DNA of 62,190 nucleotides, filler included. It is 17 parts of 17 records of this genome, joined end to end, with 100 filler letters (N's around TTAATTAATTAA, not from the genome) between each part and the next. Parts side by side here need not be neighbours in the genome. Positions count along the whole stretch, not along the records: positions 43,370 to 48,154 come from SRR11831580_199; positions 48,255 to 56,267 come from SRR11831580_208; positions 56,368 to 59,826 come from SRR11831580_212; positions 59,927 to 62,190 come from SRR11831580_215; 13 more parts are not named here. One strand, 5' to 3'. Below the pieces are notes generated by a model. That model saw only the letters and a list, made by a program, of their open reading frames with translations, searched no databases and was not told where the DNA came from. How positions within the stretch are numbered: the first letter of the stretch is position 1; each line of letters starts with the position of its first letter. Positions 46,876-62,190 of this stretch are shown one piece after another. The position numbers and the translations under genes were made by a program.

Positions 46876-48114
46876 GTGAAGATTTATCTGGTCGGTGGTG
46901 CTGTTCGGGATGCATTGTTAGGGCTACCGGTCAAAGACAGAGATTGGGTGGTGGTCGGCAGTACGCCACAGGAGATGCTCGACGCGGGCTACCAGCAGGT
47001 AGGCCGCGATTTTCCTGTGTTTCTGCATCCGCAAACGCATGAAGAGTATGCGCTGGCACGTACCGAACGGAAATCCGGTTCCGGTTACACCGGTTTTACT
47101 TGCTATGCCGCACCGGATGTCACGCTGGAAGATGATCTTAAGCGTCGCGATCTGACCATTAATGCGCTGGCCCAGGACGATAACGGCGAGATTATCGACC
47201 CGTACAACGGTCTGGGCGATCTGCAAAATCGTCTGTTGCGCCATGTTTCCCCCGCTTTTGGCGAAGATCCGTTACGCGTATTGCGCGTGGCGCGTTTTGC
47301 TGCGCGTTATGCCCACCTCGGTTTTCGTATTGCCGATGAAACTCTGGCGTTGATGCGCGAGATGACCCATGCGGGTGAACTGGAACACCTGACGCCTGAA
47401 CGGGTATGGAAAGAGACGGAAAGCGCCCTCACCACCCGCAATCCACAGGTGTTCTTCCAGGTACTGCGCGATTGCGGCGCACTGCGCGTTTTATTCCCGG
47501 AAATTGACGCACTGTTTGGCGTTCCGGCCCCTGCCAAGTGGCATCCGGAAATCGATACGGGTATTCATACCTTAATGACGCTCTCAATGGCGGCGATGCT
47601 GAGTCCGCAGGTCGATGTCCGTTTCGCAACTTTATGCCACGATCTCGGTAAAGGGCTGACGCCGCCAGAACTCTGGCCGCGTCATCATGGTCATGGCCCG
47701 GCGGGTGTTAAGTTAGTGGAACAACTATGCCAGCGTCTGCGCGTGCCAAATGAAATTCGCGATTTAGCCAGACTGGTGGCTGAGTTTCACGATCTCATCC
47801 ACACCTTCCCAATGCTGAACCCAAAAACCATCGTCAAATTATTTGATTCCATCGATGCCTGGCGTAAACCGCAGCGTGTCGAGCAACTGGCGCTGACCAG
47901 CGAGGCTGACGTGCGCGGCAGAACCGGTTTTGAATCAGCGGACTACCCGCAAGGCCGCTGGTTGCGCGAAGCCTGGGAAGTGGCGCAGTCAGTGCCGACA
48001 AAAGCCGTCGTTGAAGCGGGATTTAAAGGTGTGGAGATTCGCGAGGAGCTGACCCGACGGCGGATTGCGGCGGTAGCCAGCTGGAAGGAACAACGTTGCC
48101 CAAAGCCTGAATGA
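46876..48114 (+). CDS. cca: CCA-adding tRNA nucleotidyltransferase
   Basis: [27 protein letters not shown] domain. Confidence 0.98.
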   Translation: MKIYLVGGAVRDALLGLPVKDRDWVVVGSTPQEMLDAGYQQVGRDFPVFLHPQTHEEYALARTERKSGSGYTGFTCYAAPDVTLEDDLKRRDLTINALAQDDNGEIIDPYNGLGDLQNRLLRHVSPAFGEDPLRVLRVARFAARYAHLGFRIADETLALMREMTHAGELEHLTPERVWKETESALTTRNPQVFFQVLRDCGALRVLFPEIDALFGVPAPAKWHPEIDTGIHTLMTLSMAAMLSPQVDVRFATLCHDLGKGLTPPELWPRHHGHGPAGVKLVEQLCQRLRVPNEIRDLARLVAEFHDLIHTFPMLNPKTIVKLFDSIDAWRKPQRVEQLALTSEADVRGRTGFESADYPQGRWLREAWEVAQSVPTKAVVEAGFKGVEIREELTRRRIAAVASWKEQRCPKPE

Positions 48115-48127
48115 GTATTGGGCATTT

Positions 48128-48154
48128 TGCCGGATGCGGCGTAAACGCCTTATC
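48128..48154. repeat. Partial REP at contig edge
   Basis: TGCCGGATGCGGCGTAAACGCCTTATC. Confidence 0.85.
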
Positions 48155-48286
48155 NNNNNNNNNNNNNNNNNNNNNNNNNNNNNNNNNNNNNNNNNNNNTT
48201 AATTAATTAANNNNNNNNNNNNNNNNNNNNNNNNNNNNNNNNNNNNNNNNNNNNCCCCCCGCCGCAGCGGAGGGCAAATGGCAACC

Positions 48287-50422
48287 TTACTCGCCCTGTT
48301 CAGCAGCCGGAGCTTCCGGTGCTGCAGCAGGTTGAGACTGCTCAGTCGCTTCTTTAATGCTCAGACGGATACGGCCCTGGCGATCAACTTCCAGAACTTT
48401 CACCGGTACTTCCTGACCCATCTGCAGGTAATCGGTCACTTTCTCAACGCGTTTGTCAGCGATTTGAGAGATGTGGACCAGACCTTCTTTACCGCCGCCG
48501 ATGGCAACAAATGCGCCAAAGTCAACGATACGGGTCACTTTACCAGTGTAGACGCGGCCCACTTCGATTTCTGCAGTGATCTCTTCGATACGACGAATAG
48601 CATGTTTCGCTTTCTCGCCGTCGGTCGCTGCAATCTTCACAGTACCGTCATCTTCGATTTCGATGGTGGTGCCAGTTTCTTCGGTCAGAGCACGGATTAC
48701 AGAACCGCCTTTACCGATAACATCTTTGATCTTGTCCGGGTTGATCTTGATGGTATGGATACGCGGTGCGAACTCAGAGATATCGCCACGCGGCGCGTTG
48801 ATCGCCTGTTCCATTACGCCCAGGATATGCAGACGCGCACCTTTAGCCTGGTTCAGCGCAACCTGCATGATCTCTTTGGTGATACCTTCAATTTTGATAT
48901 CCATCTGCAGTGCAGAGATACCGTCGCGGGAACCTGCAACTTTGAAGTCCATATCGCCCAGGTGATCTTCGTCGCCCAAAATGTCAGACAGTACAACGTA
49001 GTTGTCGCCTTCTTTCACCAGACCCATTGCGATACCCGCAACGGCAGCTTTGATCGGCACACCTGCGTCCATCAGCGCCAGAGACGCGCCGCACACGGAA
49101 GCCATAGAAGAGGAACCGTTGGATTCAGTGATTTCAGACACAACACGTACGGTGTACGGGAATTTGTCCATATCCGGCATGACTGCCAGCACGCCGCGCT
49201 TCGCCAGACGACCGTGACCAATTTCACGACGCTTCGGAGAACCGACCATGCCGGTTTCGCCTACGGAGTACGGAGGGAAGTTGTAGTGGAACAGGAAGGT
49301 ATCGGTACGTTCGCCCATCAGTTCATCAAGAACCTGCGCGTCACGAGCAGTACCCAGCGTTGCGGTAACCAGCGCCTGCGTTTCACCACGGGTGAACAGC
49401 GCAGAACCGTGAGTACGCGGCAGCACGCCAGTACGCACATCCAGACCACGGATCATATCTTTTTCACGACCGTCGATACGCGGTTCGCCTGCCAGTACGC
49501 GGCTACGAACAACGTTTTTCTCGATCGCGTGCAGAATTTCACCCAGTTCGTTTTCGTCCAGGGTTTCGTCTTCAGCAAGCAGCGTCGCGATGGTTTCAGA
49601 TTTGATGACATCAACCTGCGCATAACGCTCTTGTTTGTCGGTGATGCGGTAAGCATCGCTCAGGCGAGCTTCAGCCAGTGCAGCAACGCGCGCGTTTAGC
49701 GCTTCGTTTACCGGCTCCGGCTGCCAGTCCCAACGCGGTTTACCGGCTTCTTTCACCAGTTCATTGATGTTCTGAATAACAACCTGCTGTTGTTCATGAC
49801 CGAACACTACTGCGCCCAGCATCTGGTCTTCGCTCAGCAGTTGAGCTTCAGATTCAACCATCAGTACAGCGGCTTCAGTACCGGCAACAACCAGATCCAG
49901 TTTGCTCTCTTTCAGCTCGTCCTGAGTCGGGTTCAGTACGTACTGGTCATTGATGTAACCTACGCGGGCAGCACCAATCGGGCCATTGAACGGAATACCA
50001 GACAGAGACAGCGCTGCGGAAGCACCAATCATCGCGACGATATCCGGGTTAACTTGCGGGTTAACAGAAACCACGGTGGCGATAACCTGAACTTCGTTGA
50101 CGAAGCCTTCCGGGAACAGCGGGCGAATCGGGCGGTCAATCAGACGCGCGATCAGGGTTTCGCCTTCGCTTGGGCGGCCTTCACGACGGAAGAAGCTACC
50201 CGGGATACGACCAGCAGCGTAGGTACGCTCCTGATAGTTAACGGTCAGTGGGAAGAAGTCCTGACCTGGTTTGGCTTTTTTCTGGCCAACAACGGTAACG
50301 AATACCGCGGTGTCATCCATGCTAACCATAACAGCGGCAGTAGCCTGACGAGCCATCATGCCGGTTTCCAGAGTCACGGTGTGTTGGCCGTACTGGAATT
50401 TACGAACGATCGGATTAAGCAA
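48287..50422 (-). CDS. pnp: Polynucleotide phosphorylase
   Basis: TTG start at 50422 gives 711 aa; two RNase PH domains, KH and S1. Confidence 0.97.
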   Translation of the reverse strand: MLNPIVRKFQYGQHTVTLETGMMARQATAAVMVSMDDTAVFVTVVGQKKAKPGQDFFPLTVNYQERTYAAGRIPGSFFRREGRPSEGETLIARLIDRPIRPLFPEGFVNEVQVIATVVSVNPQVNPDIVAMIGASAALSLSGIPFNGPIGAARVGYINDQYVLNPTQDELKESKLDLVVAGTEAAVLMVESEAQLLSEDQMLGAVVFGHEQQQVVIQNINELVKEAGKPRWDWQPEPVNEALNARVAALAEARLSDAYRITDKQERYAQVDVIKSETIATLLAEDETLDENELGEILHAIEKNVVRSRVLAGEPRIDGREKDMIRGLDVRTGVLPRTHGSALFTRGETQALVTATLGTARDAQVLDELMGERTDTFLFHYNFPPYSVGETGMVGSPKRREIGHGRLAKRGVLAVMPDMDKFPYTVRVVSEITESNGSSSMASVCGASLALMDAGVPIKAAVAGIAMGLVKEGDNYVVLSDILGDEDHLGDMDFKVAGSRDGISALQMDIKIEGITKEIMQVALNQAKGARLHILGVMEQAINAPRGDISEFAPRIHTIKINPDKIKDVIGKGGSVIRALTEETGTTIEIEDDGTVKIAATDGEKAKHAIRRIEEITAEIEVGRVYTGKVTRIVDFGAFVAIGGGKEGLVHISQIADKRVEKVTDYLQMGQEVPVKVLEVDRQGRIRLSIKEATEQSQPAAAPEAPAAEQGE

Positions 50423-50436
50423 TGTAATATCCTTTC

Positions 50437-50652
50437 TCTTTCTTAGACAGTACCTTACGGCACTGGTGTTAATACCCGATCTTCTGCGCATCCTCGCGAC
50501 TAATGACAACCCTAACCCAGCTCTATGTGGGTAAAGCCTCTCATTAGCCGCGCGAACCTCTGCAACGGAAGATCATTCATAGCAACAATACATTAGTTTC
50601 CAGTGAATTGCTGCCGTCAGCTTGAAAAAAGGGGCCACTCAGGCCCCCTTTT
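50437..50652 (+). ncRNA. sraG: SraG antisense sRNA (approximate ends)
   Basis: Known location between pnp and rpsO on the opposite strand; ends at the bidirectional hairpin. Boundaries are inferred from recalled K-12 synteny. Confidence 0.6.
50625..50652. terminator. Bidirectional terminator after rpsO
   Basis: AAAAAAGGGGCC-ACTCA-GGCCCCCTTTT. Confidence 0.8.
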
Positions 50653-50668
50653 CTGAAACTCGCAAGAA

Positions 50669-51034
<366 letters not shown>

Positions 51035-51086
51035 TTAAGCGGCAGTATTCTACTCGTAGCGACCTGTTATCGCAAGACGGTTAACA

Positions 51087-52031
51087 TTACGCCGGGTATT
51101 CAACCACCAGGCGACGAGGCGCAACGCGGCCTTCATCGTCAATTTCGCCCATACCGATAAATTTGCCGTTCTCACCTTCCGTGACGCGAACCAGTCCTTC
51201 CAGTGGCGCACCAGATGTACGAACCGGGTTACCATTTTTGAAGTAAACAGAAGACGTTAACGGAAGATTCACCACCGGATAGTCCGAAGCTGGACTGTCC
51301 ATTGGCATCAGTAATGGATCAAGTAACTCCGCGGCTGGAATATCCTGCTGTTCAGCTTGCTCAACAAGTTCACGCAGGTGCTCCAGGGTCACCATCCGTT
51401 CAACCGGATATTTACTTACCGCCAGACGGCGCAGGTAAATAACATGCGCGCCACAGCCGAGTTTTTCACCCAGGTCATCAATGATGGTGCGGATATAAGT
51501 GCCTTTTGAGCAGTGAATTTCCAGCTCCAGCTCATTGCCTTCATGGCGAATAAACAGCAATTCATAAACGGTAATCGGACGCGCTTCACGCGGAACTTCA
51601 ATGCCCTGACGCGCATATTCGTACAGTTTTTTGCCCTGATATTTCAGTGCTGAATACATCGAAGGGATCTGTTCGATATCGCCACGGAAAGTATCCAGTG
51701 CCGCTGCCAGCTGCTCTGCGCTAAAGGTTACCGGACGTTCTTCAACGATCTGTCCGTCGGCATCAGAAGTATCGGTACGCTGTCCAAGACGCGCAATGAC
51801 CCGATAGCGTTTGTCGGAGTCCAGCAGATACTGGGAAAACTTCGTCGCTTCCCCGAGGCAAATCGGCAACATGCCGGTCGCCAGCGGGTCCAGCGCACCG
51901 GTATGCCCGGCACGGTTGGCGTTATATATACGTTTCACTTTTTGCAGCGCATCGTTGCTGGACATACCCTGAGGTTTATCCAGCAACAAAACGCCGTTAA
52001 TGTCGCGACCGCGACGACGAGGACGACTCAT
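51087..52031 (-). CDS. truB: tRNA pseudouridine-55 synthase
   Basis: [12 protein letters not shown], 314 aa. Confidence 0.98.
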
Positions 52032-52432
52032 TAGTCCTCCTTGCTGTCGTCCGGGTTAACACGACGTTCTTCGTCATGTTTGACCACGCTGGTCACCAGG
52101 TTTGACATGCGCATCCCTTCAACCAGAGAGTTGTCGTAGAAGAAGGTCAGTTCCGGCACGATACGCAGGCGCATCGCTTTCCCCAGCAGGCTGCGGATGA
52201 AACCAGAAGCTTCTTGCAACGCTTTGATGCCCGCTTTAACCGCGTCTTCATCTTTGTCGTTGAGGAACGTCACATATACTTTGGCATACGCCAGGTCGCG
52301 AGACATTTCGACACCGGAAACGGTGGTCATCATGCCCAGGCGAGGATCTTTAATTTCACGCTGCAGGATGAGAGCGATCTCTTTTTGCATTTCCTGCGCT
52401 ACGCGCTGCGGGCGACCAAATTCTTTCGCCAT
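52031..52432 (-). CDS. rbfA: Ribosome-binding factor A
   Basis: [16 protein letters not shown], 133 aa. Confidence 0.97.
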
Positions 52433-52448
52433 AATAAATTCTCCTGAC

Positions 52449-52474
52449 AAAAAAGGGGCTGTTAGCCCCTTTTT
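52449..52474 (-). terminator. Terminator between infB and rbfA
   Basis: AAAAAAGGGGCT-GTT-AGCCCCTTTTT. Confidence 0.75.
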
Positions 52475-52508
52475 AAAATTAATTTCAGGTGGAAGGGCTG
52501 TTCACGTT

Positions 52509-52580
52509 GACCTGATAAGACGCGCCAGCGTCACATCAGGCAATCCATGCCGGATGCAGCGTAAACGCCTTATCCCGCAT
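52509..52580. repeat. REP pair downstream of infB
   Basis: CCTGATAAGACGCGCCAGCGTCACATCAGGCA and TGCCGGATGCAGCGTAAACGCCTTATCC. Confidence 0.85.
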
Positions 52581-52595
52581 GGAACCCTAAAAACC

Positions 52596-55268
52596 TTAAG
52601 CAATGGTACGTTGGATCTCGATGATTTCGAATACTTCGATCACATCGCCAGTGCGGACGTCGTTGTAGTTCTTAACGCCGATACCACATTCCATACCGTT
52701 ACGGACTTCGTTAACGTCATCTTTGAAGCGGCGCAGGGACTCCAGCTCGCCTTCGTAGATAACCACGTTGTCACGCAGAACGCGGATCGGGTTGTGACGT
52801 TTAACCACACCTTCGGTAACCATACAGCCTGCGATGGCACCAAATTTCGGCGATTTGAACACGTCACGAACTTCCGCCAGACCGATAATCTGCTGTTTCA
52901 GTTCCGGAGACAGCATACCGCTCATCGCCGCTTTCACTTCGTCAATCAGGTTATAGATGACGGAGTAGTAACGCAGATCCAGGCTTTCCGCTTCAATCAC
53001 TTTACGTGCAGAGGCATCAGCACGTACGTTAAAGCCAACCAGGATGGCGTTGGACGCCGCAGCCAGGGTGGCGTCGGTTTCGGTGATACCACCTACGCCA
53101 GAACCGATGATCTTCACTTTAACTTCGTCAGTAGACAGTTTCAGCAAGGAGTCGGAGATCGCTTCGACAGAACCCTGTACGTCTGCCTTCAGGACGATAT
53201 TCACTTCGTGAACTTCGCCTTCGGTCATGTTGGCGAACATGTTCTCGAGTTTAGATTTCTGCTGACGCGCCAGTTTAACTTCGCGGAATTTACCCTGACG
53301 ATAGAGTGCAACTTCACGCGCTTTCTTCTCGTCACGTACAACGGTAACTTCATCACCCGCAGCCGGTACGCCGGACAGGCCGAGGATTTCCACCGGAATG
53401 GACGGACCCGCTTCCAGCACTTCCTGACCCAGTTCGTTACGCATCGCACGAACACGACCGTATTCGAAGCCACACAGAACGATATCGCCCTTGTGCAGAG
53501 TACCTTCACGTACCAGAACGGTAGCAACCGGACCACGACCTTTATCGAGGAAGGATTCGATAACCGCACCGCTCGCCATACCTTTACGTACCGCTTTCAG
53601 CTCCAGAACTTCCGCCTGCAGCAGGATAGCGTCCAGCAGTTCATCGATACCGGTACCCGCTTTCGCAGATACGTGTACGAACTGGCTTTCACCGCCCCAC
53701 TCTTCCGGCAGGATGCCGTACTGGGAGAGTTCGTTCTTAACGCGATCCGGATCAGCTTCTGGTTTATCGATCTTGTTCACTGCAACCACCACCGGTACCT
53801 GCGCCGCTTTCGCGTGCTGGATTGCTTCGATGGTCTGCGGCATCACACCGTCGTCGGCAGCAACAACCAGGACTACGATGTCCGTTGCCTGCGCACCACG
53901 AGCACGCATTGAAGTAAACGCGGCGTGCCCCGGGGTGTCCAGGAAGGTGATCATGCCGTTTTCAGTTTCAACGTGGTATGCACCAATGTGCTGGGTAATG
54001 CCGCCCGCTTCGCCAGAGGCCACTTTCGTTGAACGAATGTAGTCCAGCAGAGAGGTTTTACCGTGGTCAACGTGACCCATGATGGTCACAACCGGCGCGC
54101 GCGGTTCAGCCGCAGCACCCGTGTCACGGTCGCTCATTACCGCCTCTTCCAGCTCGTTTTCACGACGCAGGATAACTTTATGGCCCATCTCTTCAGCAAC
54201 CAGCTGTGCGGTTTCCTGATCGATAACCTGGTTGATGGTTGCCATTGCGCCCAGTTTCATCATCGCTTTGATGACCTGAGAGCCTTTAACCGCCATCTTG
54301 TTCGCCAGTTCGCCAACGGTGATAGTTTCGCCGATCACAACGTCACGGTTAACGGCCTGAGCAGGCTTCTGGAAGCCTTGCTGCAGCGAAGAACCTTTAC
54401 GTTTTCCGCCTTTACCGCCACGTACTGCTGCGCGTGCTTCTTCACGATCAGCTTTTGATTCAGCGTGTTTGTTGCCTTTCTTCGGACGCGCTGCTTTCGC
54501 GTTACGACCACGGCCACGGCCGCCTTCGACTTCACGATCGCTTTCGTCTTCTGCCTGGCGAGCATGTTGAGAAGTAGTGACGTGATAATCGCTGGAATCT
54601 TCAGTCGGTTCCGCGTTATCAGTCCATTTGTTTTCTTCCGCCATACGACGTGCTTCTTCAGCAACGCGACGTGCTTCTTCTTCGAGTTTACGACGCGCTT
54701 CTTCTTCAGCTTTACGCTTGAGCTCTGCAGCTTCCTGCTCACGGCGGGCTTTTTCAGCCTGGGCGTTTTTAGTCATATCGTCTTGTTGATTGCTCACTTT
54801 GTCTTTTTCCGCAGCTTCACGTTTCGCTTGTTCAGCAGCTTCACGCTTAGCTTGTTCTGCGGCCTCACGTTCAGCTTTTTGTTGCGCCTCGCGTTTAGCC
54901 GATTCTTCTGCCTCACGACGGGCTTGCTCTTCCGCTTCACGCTGCGCTTGCTCTTCCGCTGCAAGGCGTTCAGCCTCTTGCGGATCGCGTTTCACAAAGG
55001 TGCGTTTCTTGCGGACTTCGATTTGTACCGATTTGCTTTTTCCACCGGTACCAGGAATGTTAAGGGTGCTGCGTGTTTTACGTTGCAGCGTCAATTTGTC
55101 CGGGCCTGAATTTTTCTGATTCAGGTGGTCAATCAAAGTCTGTTTCTCTTGTGCAGACACAGAGTCGTCAGCAGACTTCCGGATACCTGCATCAGCAAAT
55201 TGCTGTACCAGGCGTTCCACGGAGGTCTGTCGCTCTGCGGCCAGCGTTTTAATCGTTACATCTGTCAT
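52596..55268 (-). CDS. infB: Translation initiation factor IF-2
   Basis: 890 aa; [17 protein letters not shown]. Confidence 0.99.
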
Positions 55269-55292
55269 GCTGTTCCTTCCTGCTACAGTTTA

Positions 55293-56267
<975 letters not shown>

Positions 56268-56367
56268 NNNNNNNNNNNNNNNNNNNNNNNNNNNNNNNNN
56301 NNNNNNNNNNNTTAATTAATTAANNNNNNNNNNNNNNNNNNNNNNNNNNNNNNNNNNNNNNNNNNNN

Positions 56368-57229
56368 TTTTCAGGAAGGTAGAGAGGTAGTCACGCGGGG
56401 CCAGCAGTAACCACACCGGCAGCACCGCCGCCACAAAACCGTAACCCACCAGCATCCAGGTCAACTGCACGCCGGTAAAGTCAAAGTACGGTGCCCAGGT
56501 CGGACTTTCTGCCACCCAGCCGCCAGAGATAATGGCGAAAATCAGGAATACCAGACCGATGACCGACACTTCGCCAATACGCCCCGGACGCAGATAGCGC
56601 AGGTAGATCCCCATAAACAGCGCCAGCGGAATGGTGAACGCAACGGTATATGTTCCCCACGGGCTATGAGTCAGGGCTTTCACCACGATCATCGCCAGCA
56701 CTGCAAGGATAATGACCATGATCATAAAGCAGGCCACCAGCGCAATCACCCCGGCGGTTGGCCCCATCTCTTCTTTGACCAGCTCACCCAGCGAGCGACC
56801 GTCACGGCGCGTAGAAACAAACAGCACCATGAAATCCTGCACCGCACCGGCGAGAACCACCCCAGCGAGCAGCCAGATCATCCCCGGCAGGTAGCCCATT
56901 TGCGCCGCCAGTACCGGCCCCACCAGCGGACCTGCTCCGGCAATGGCCGCAAAATGGTGACCGAACAGCACTTTCTTGTCCGTCGGCACATAGTCCAGCC
57001 CGTCGTTATGGCGCACCGCTGGCGTCATACGCGTCGGGTCAACCGCCAGCACATTTTTGGCGATATACAGCCCATAAAAACGGTAAGCGATCAGATAGAT
57101 ACAGACCGACGCCACCACAATCCACAGCGCGTTGATCTGTTCCCCACGATTTAAAGCAATGTATCCCAGAGCAAATGCTCCCATTACAGAGAGCACTGTC
57201 CAGACGAGGTATTTCCCTGATTTGTTCAT
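56368..57229 (-). CDS. cstA: Carbon starvation protein A (3' truncated)
   Basis: MNKSGKYLVW...GHHFAAIAGAGP. Confidence 0.95.
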
Positions 57230-57346
57230 AGTTGTTATCCGTGTGCGTGTCCATAGAGATGTTACATTTTGTTTCTATAACATCTTTGTACAATTTAACA
57301 ACACAGCAACCATGTAAATCGGAGTTGAAACCAATATTTAACTTAA

Positions 57347-57368
57347 CAATGTTAACTCGATCACTCCG
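57347..57368. promoter_or_regulatory. Probable CRP site upstream of cstA
   Basis: Minus strand AGTGA-N6-TAACA; cstA is known to be CRP-activated. Confidence 0.55.
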
Positions 57369-57409
57369 TTAACCGAGTTTTCCTGCAATCTCATCTAATT
57401 CTGTCGGGT

Positions 57410-58571
<1,162 letters not shown>

Positions 58572-58572
<1 letters not shown>

Positions 58573-59428
58573 TATTTCACCTCGCGGGAGAGTAGCTTCC
58601 ACCAGGCGTCGATGGTCGGGTTTTTCGCCAGCATGACAAAGTCGATATCACCATGCACTTTGCGCCAGCGCGCCGCCAGCGCCATCATGCGCACCGAATC
58701 CAGACCGTAGTCGATCAGGTTGTCGTCATCGAACGGTTCATCGGACTCGTCCAGCAACGGCAGGATCACCTCACGCAGCGCCGCTTTGCTGGCGGGGATA
58801 GGTGCTGGCAGTAATTCTTCAGTCATCACCACCCGGCCAGAACGTCCGGCCACATATTTCAGCGACATCAAATGCTCGTCACGGCTGAAATCGGCCAGCG
58901 CATCCGCCACCATAAACGGTTTAATATCGCGCATAAATGCGTCGGTTGCGGTGGTCATACAGCCAATGTGGGCATATACCCCGGTAATAATCAGCTGGTT
59001 ACGTCCACTCTCTTTCAGCATTTGCTCCAGCGGAGAACGATGAAACGCGCTGTAGCGCCACTTCACCAGCACCGTGTCGTCGGCATCTGGCGTCAGGCGA
59101 TCCACCACCTTTTGCTGTTCCGGCGAGCGGGTCAGGCCCGGCCCCACATATCATTCAACAGCGCCCGATCTTCATCGCTCTGCTCTTTCGGCTGGGCGGT
59201 GTAATAAACCGGGATATTGTGCTGTTTGCAGTAGTCGCGCAGCGCAGCAATATTCGCGATCACCTGCTCCATCATCGGGCAGTTCTCGCCCCAGAAGCTG
59301 ACAAAATAGTCCTGCATATCATGGATTAACAACGCGGCACGTTGCGGTTCAAAGGCCCAGTCAACTTTATTCTGCGGAATATCGTGAGACTCCGGCAGTG
59401 CGTAAGCCTGTAATTTTGGAATAGCCAT
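58572..59428 (-). CDS. entB: Isochorismatase/aryl carrier protein EntB, -1 frameshift at ~59142-59145
   Basis: Split between ORFs 59132-59428 and 58572-59147; span 857 nt. Adding one G gives ...DMWGPGL.... GLDS phosphopantetheine site present. Confidence 0.94.
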
Positions 59429-59441
59429 CGTGTTCTCTCCT

Positions 59442-59826
59442 TCAGGCTGATGCGCGTGACGCCAGCCACTGACGTAATTGTTTTTTATCGACTTTCCCGA
59501 CCGCCGTCAGCGGAAGTGAATCCACACACTCCACGCGATCCGGTAATTTAAATTCGGCAATACCCTGTTCACGCAGGAAACGACGCACCTGCACCGCGCG
59601 CAGCGGCTCTTTTACCACCAGATAAGCGCAGCTTTTTTCGCCCATCAGCTCATCTTCCATGCTCACCAGTGCGGCGTAGATCACCGCCGGGTGGCGCAGC
59701 AGCAGGTTTTCGATCTCTTCGGCAGCGATCTTCTCGCCGCCACGGTTAATCTGATCTTTCTCGCGCCCCTGCACGGTGATGTAACCCTCTGGATCAATAG
59801 AGATCAGATCGCCGGAACAGTAAAAA
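59442..59826 (-). CDS. entE: 2,3-dihydroxybenzoate-AMP ligase, C-terminal fragment
   Basis: [25 protein letters not shown]. Confidence 0.94.
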
Positions 59827-59926
59827 NNNNNNNNNNNNNNNNNNNNNNNNNNNNNNNNNNNNNNNNNNNNTTAATTAATTAANNNNNNNNNNNNNNNNNN
59901 NNNNNNNNNNNNNNNNNNNNNNNNNN

Positions 59927-60815
59927 CGCGTCCCGTGACGTGGCTGGCGGCGTGGTGAATATGCAGCGGCTGCCACTGGGTCAGCGGTGTATGGGTTTGA
60001 AGCTCGACAATCACCCGTGTGAACGGCTCTGGCGGCACATCGGCAAGCAGCCAGTCGCCACGGTTAATCTGCTCTTTTTCCGCATCACCCGCGATGTTAA
60101 GCGCGATACGCTGCCCGGCATTGGCGGTTTCTGTTGGCTGGTTTTGCGCATGCAGCGCACGTACACGCATCGGTTTATTTACACCAGTCAGCCAGAGTGA
60201 ATCGCCTACCTTCACTTCCCCGCTTAACGCCGTACCGGTGACGACCAGCCCGGCACCTTTTACGGTAAATGCGCGGTCAATCGCGAGGCGGAAACTATGT
60301 TGGCTGGCGTGCTCGCGTTCCGGCAACTGAAGCAGATGCTCGCGCAGGGCATCCATTCCCCGACCTTCGGTTGCTGCGGTGATAAACAGTTTTGCCTCAG
60401 CAAAACCGTATTCCCGCAGAACCTCCTTTACCTGGCGTTCAACCTCATCAACACGCGCTTCGTCCACGCGATCGGCTTTGGTCAGCGCCACTGTCAGCAT
60501 CGGGTTACCGGTCAGCTGCAAAATCGCCAGATGCTCACGGGTCTGTGCCATCACGCCGTCATCGCACGCCACCACCAACAGCGCGTGATCGATACCACCA
60601 ACGCCCGCCAGCATGTTGGAAAGAAACTTTTCATGACCGGGAACGTCGATAAAACCAGGCACGCGACCATCCGGCTGCGGCCAGTAGGCATAGCCGAGAT
60701 CGATGGTCATGCCGCGCTTTTTTTCTTCCGGCAGACGGTCAGCATTTACGCCAGTAATCGCCTGCAATAAGGTTGTTTTGCCGTGGTCAACGTGTCCGGC
60801 AGTCGCAATAATCAT
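59927..60815 (-). CDS. selB: Selenocysteine-specific elongation factor (3' truncated)
   Basis: [21 protein letters not shown]. Confidence 0.97.
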
Positions 60816-62190
60816 TTCAACAACATCTCCAAAAACCGTTGCTCATCTTCAAGGCAGCGTAAATCCAGCCACAATCGTCCGTCATAAATACGACCAATCA
60901 CCGGCACTGGCAATTCACGCCAGCGGGCGGCTAATGACTCAAGGTGGCTACCGCGTCCATCATGGGGTGTAAACGTTAATGCCGCGCTCGGCAGGCGATC
61001 AACCGGCAGCGAACCACTGCCAATCTGCGAAAGACATGGCATAACCTGTACCGCAAACTCCGCGCCGTAATGTGCGGCAAGGGGGGCCTGTAAACGTTGT
61101 GCCTGGATTTGAATGACCTCTGCGCTGCGGGTAAGCAGGCGCAGGGTCGGTAATTTTTCACTCAGAGCTTCAGGGTGTAAATAAAGACGCAACGTGGCTT
61201 CCAGCGCCGCGAGGGTCATTTTATCCGCGCGTAATGCACGCTTCAGCGGGTGGCTTTGCAGGCGGGCGATCATCTCTTTTTTACCAACAATAATTCCTGC
61301 CTGCGGCCCGCCTAACAACTTGTCGCCGGAGAAACTCACCAGACTGACGCCCGCCGCAATCAACTCCTGCGGCATTGGCTCTTTCGGCAAACCGTACTGG
61401 CTAAGATCGACCAGCGAGCCACTGCCTAAATCAGTCACTACGGGAACATCCAGCTCTTTGCCGAGCGCCACCAGTTCCGCTTCATCTATCGCTTTGGTGA
61501 ACCCCTGAATGCTGTAGTTACTGGTATGTACTTTCATCAACAGTGCGGTATTTTCATTCACCGCCTGACGATAATCATTCGCGTGCGTGCGGTTGGTGGT
61601 CCCTACTTCGTGTAGGGTGCAGCCTGCCTGACGCATAACATCGGGAATACGAAACGCGCCGCCAATCTCCACCAGTTCGCCGCGAGATACCACCACCTCT
61701 TTTCCGCTGGCAGTGGCCGCCAACATCAATAACACCGCCGCCGCATTGTTATTGACGATACAGGCATCTTCCGCCCCCGTAATACGGCACAGCAGCTGCG
61801 CCAGCGCCCGATCGCGATGTCCGCGTCCGGCGTCGTCCAGATCATACTCGAGGGTCACTGGCGAACGCATAGCCTGCGCAACGGCTTCCACCGCGGCTTC
61901 CGCCTGTAAAGCTCGCCCAAGGTTGGTATGCAGCACGGTTCCCGTCAGGTTGATCACCGGACGCAGCGCGCTCTGCGCTTCTTTCGTCAACCGGGCATCG
62001 ACTTCTTGCGCCCAGTTTTCACACCACGCAGGCAGCGTCTGGCTGCCACGAATCACTTCTCGCGCTTCGTCGAGCATCTGACGCAACAATTCCACCACGC
62101 GGGTGTGACCATAAGTATCACGCAAAGAAAGGAAGGAGCTATCGCGCAATAAGCGATCAATAGCCGGAAGTTGACTATAGAGGGAACGCG
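60812..62190 (-). CDS. selA: Selenocysteine synthase (start just beyond window end)
   Basis: [14 protein letters not shown]..., [24 protein letters not shown]. Confidence 0.97.
   Translation of the reverse strand, partial: RSLYSQLPAIDRLLRDSSFLSLRDTYGHTRVVELLRQMLDEAREVIRGSQTLPAWCENWAQEVDARLTKEAQSALRPVINLTGTVLHTNLGRALQAEAAVEAVAQAMRSPVTLEYDLDDAGRGHRDRALAQLLCRITGAEDACIVNNNAAAVLLMLAATASGKEVVVSRGELVEIGGAFRIPDVMRQAGCTLHEVGTTNRTHANDYRQAVNENTALLMKVHTSNYSIQGFTKAIDEAELVALGKELDVPVVTDLGSGSLVDLSQYGLPKEPMPQELIAAGVSLVSFSGDKLLGGPQAGIIVGKKEMIARLQSHPLKRALRADKMTLAALEATLRLYLHPEALSEKLPTLRLLTRSAEVIQIQAQRLQAPLAAHYGAEFAVQVMPCLSQIGSGSLPVDRLPSAALTFTPHDGRGSHLESLAARWRELPVPVIGRIYDGRLWLDLRCLEDEQRFLEMLLK

Noticed and set aside
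52197-53912. Long antisense ORFs (571 aa over infB; also 48278-49699 over pnp, 29983-31095 over acnB, 39286-40350 over cadA, 7534-8550 over prpE)
   Set aside because: Shadow frames produced by codon bias in highly conserved genes; no independent motifs.
54790-54970. Repetitive EAAEQAKR-coding tract
   Set aside because: Normal low-complexity helical linker of IF-2.

Overview
This window is not a contiguous locus. It is an artificial pseudomolecule of 17 contigs joined by 16 identical 100-bp spacers (N44-TTAATTAATTAA-N44). Fifteen contigs are scattered pieces of an Escherichia coli K-12-like chromosome: psuTGK-fruAKB, prpDE, barA, uacFT-yqfG-idi-lysS, pbpG-dld, dnaTC-yjjA-opgB, pepA-lptFG, acnB-yacH, aaeRXAB-yhcO, cadBA, uhpCT-adeD, glnE-ygiF-ygiM-cca, pnp-rpsO-truB-rbfA-infB-nusA, cstA-entHABE and selBA. 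An untrimmed Roche 454 adapter at 12756-12781 and five homopolymer-undercall frameshifts (psuK, barA, pbpG, nusA, entB) point to low-coverage pyrosequencing. Two contigs (24445-26643 and 26744-28788) are not bacterial. They come from a gene-dense, intron-rich eukaryote, probably a flagellated protist, and their genes are invisible to the ORF track. By manual GT-AG splicing I reconstruct a 6-exon CFAP99-like flagellar gene and a divergent gelsolin/villin-like 5' fragment on the first contig. On the second I reconstruct a complete 3-exon 87-aa CCxxxCxxC (Oxidoreductase-like/OXLD1-type) gene, a 124-aa Q/P/G/H-rich orphan, and the 3' end of a further gene. I see no new bacterial system here; the unexplored biology is in the two eukaryotic contigs. 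Comparisons with K-12 proteins and family motifs are from memory and were not run as searches.
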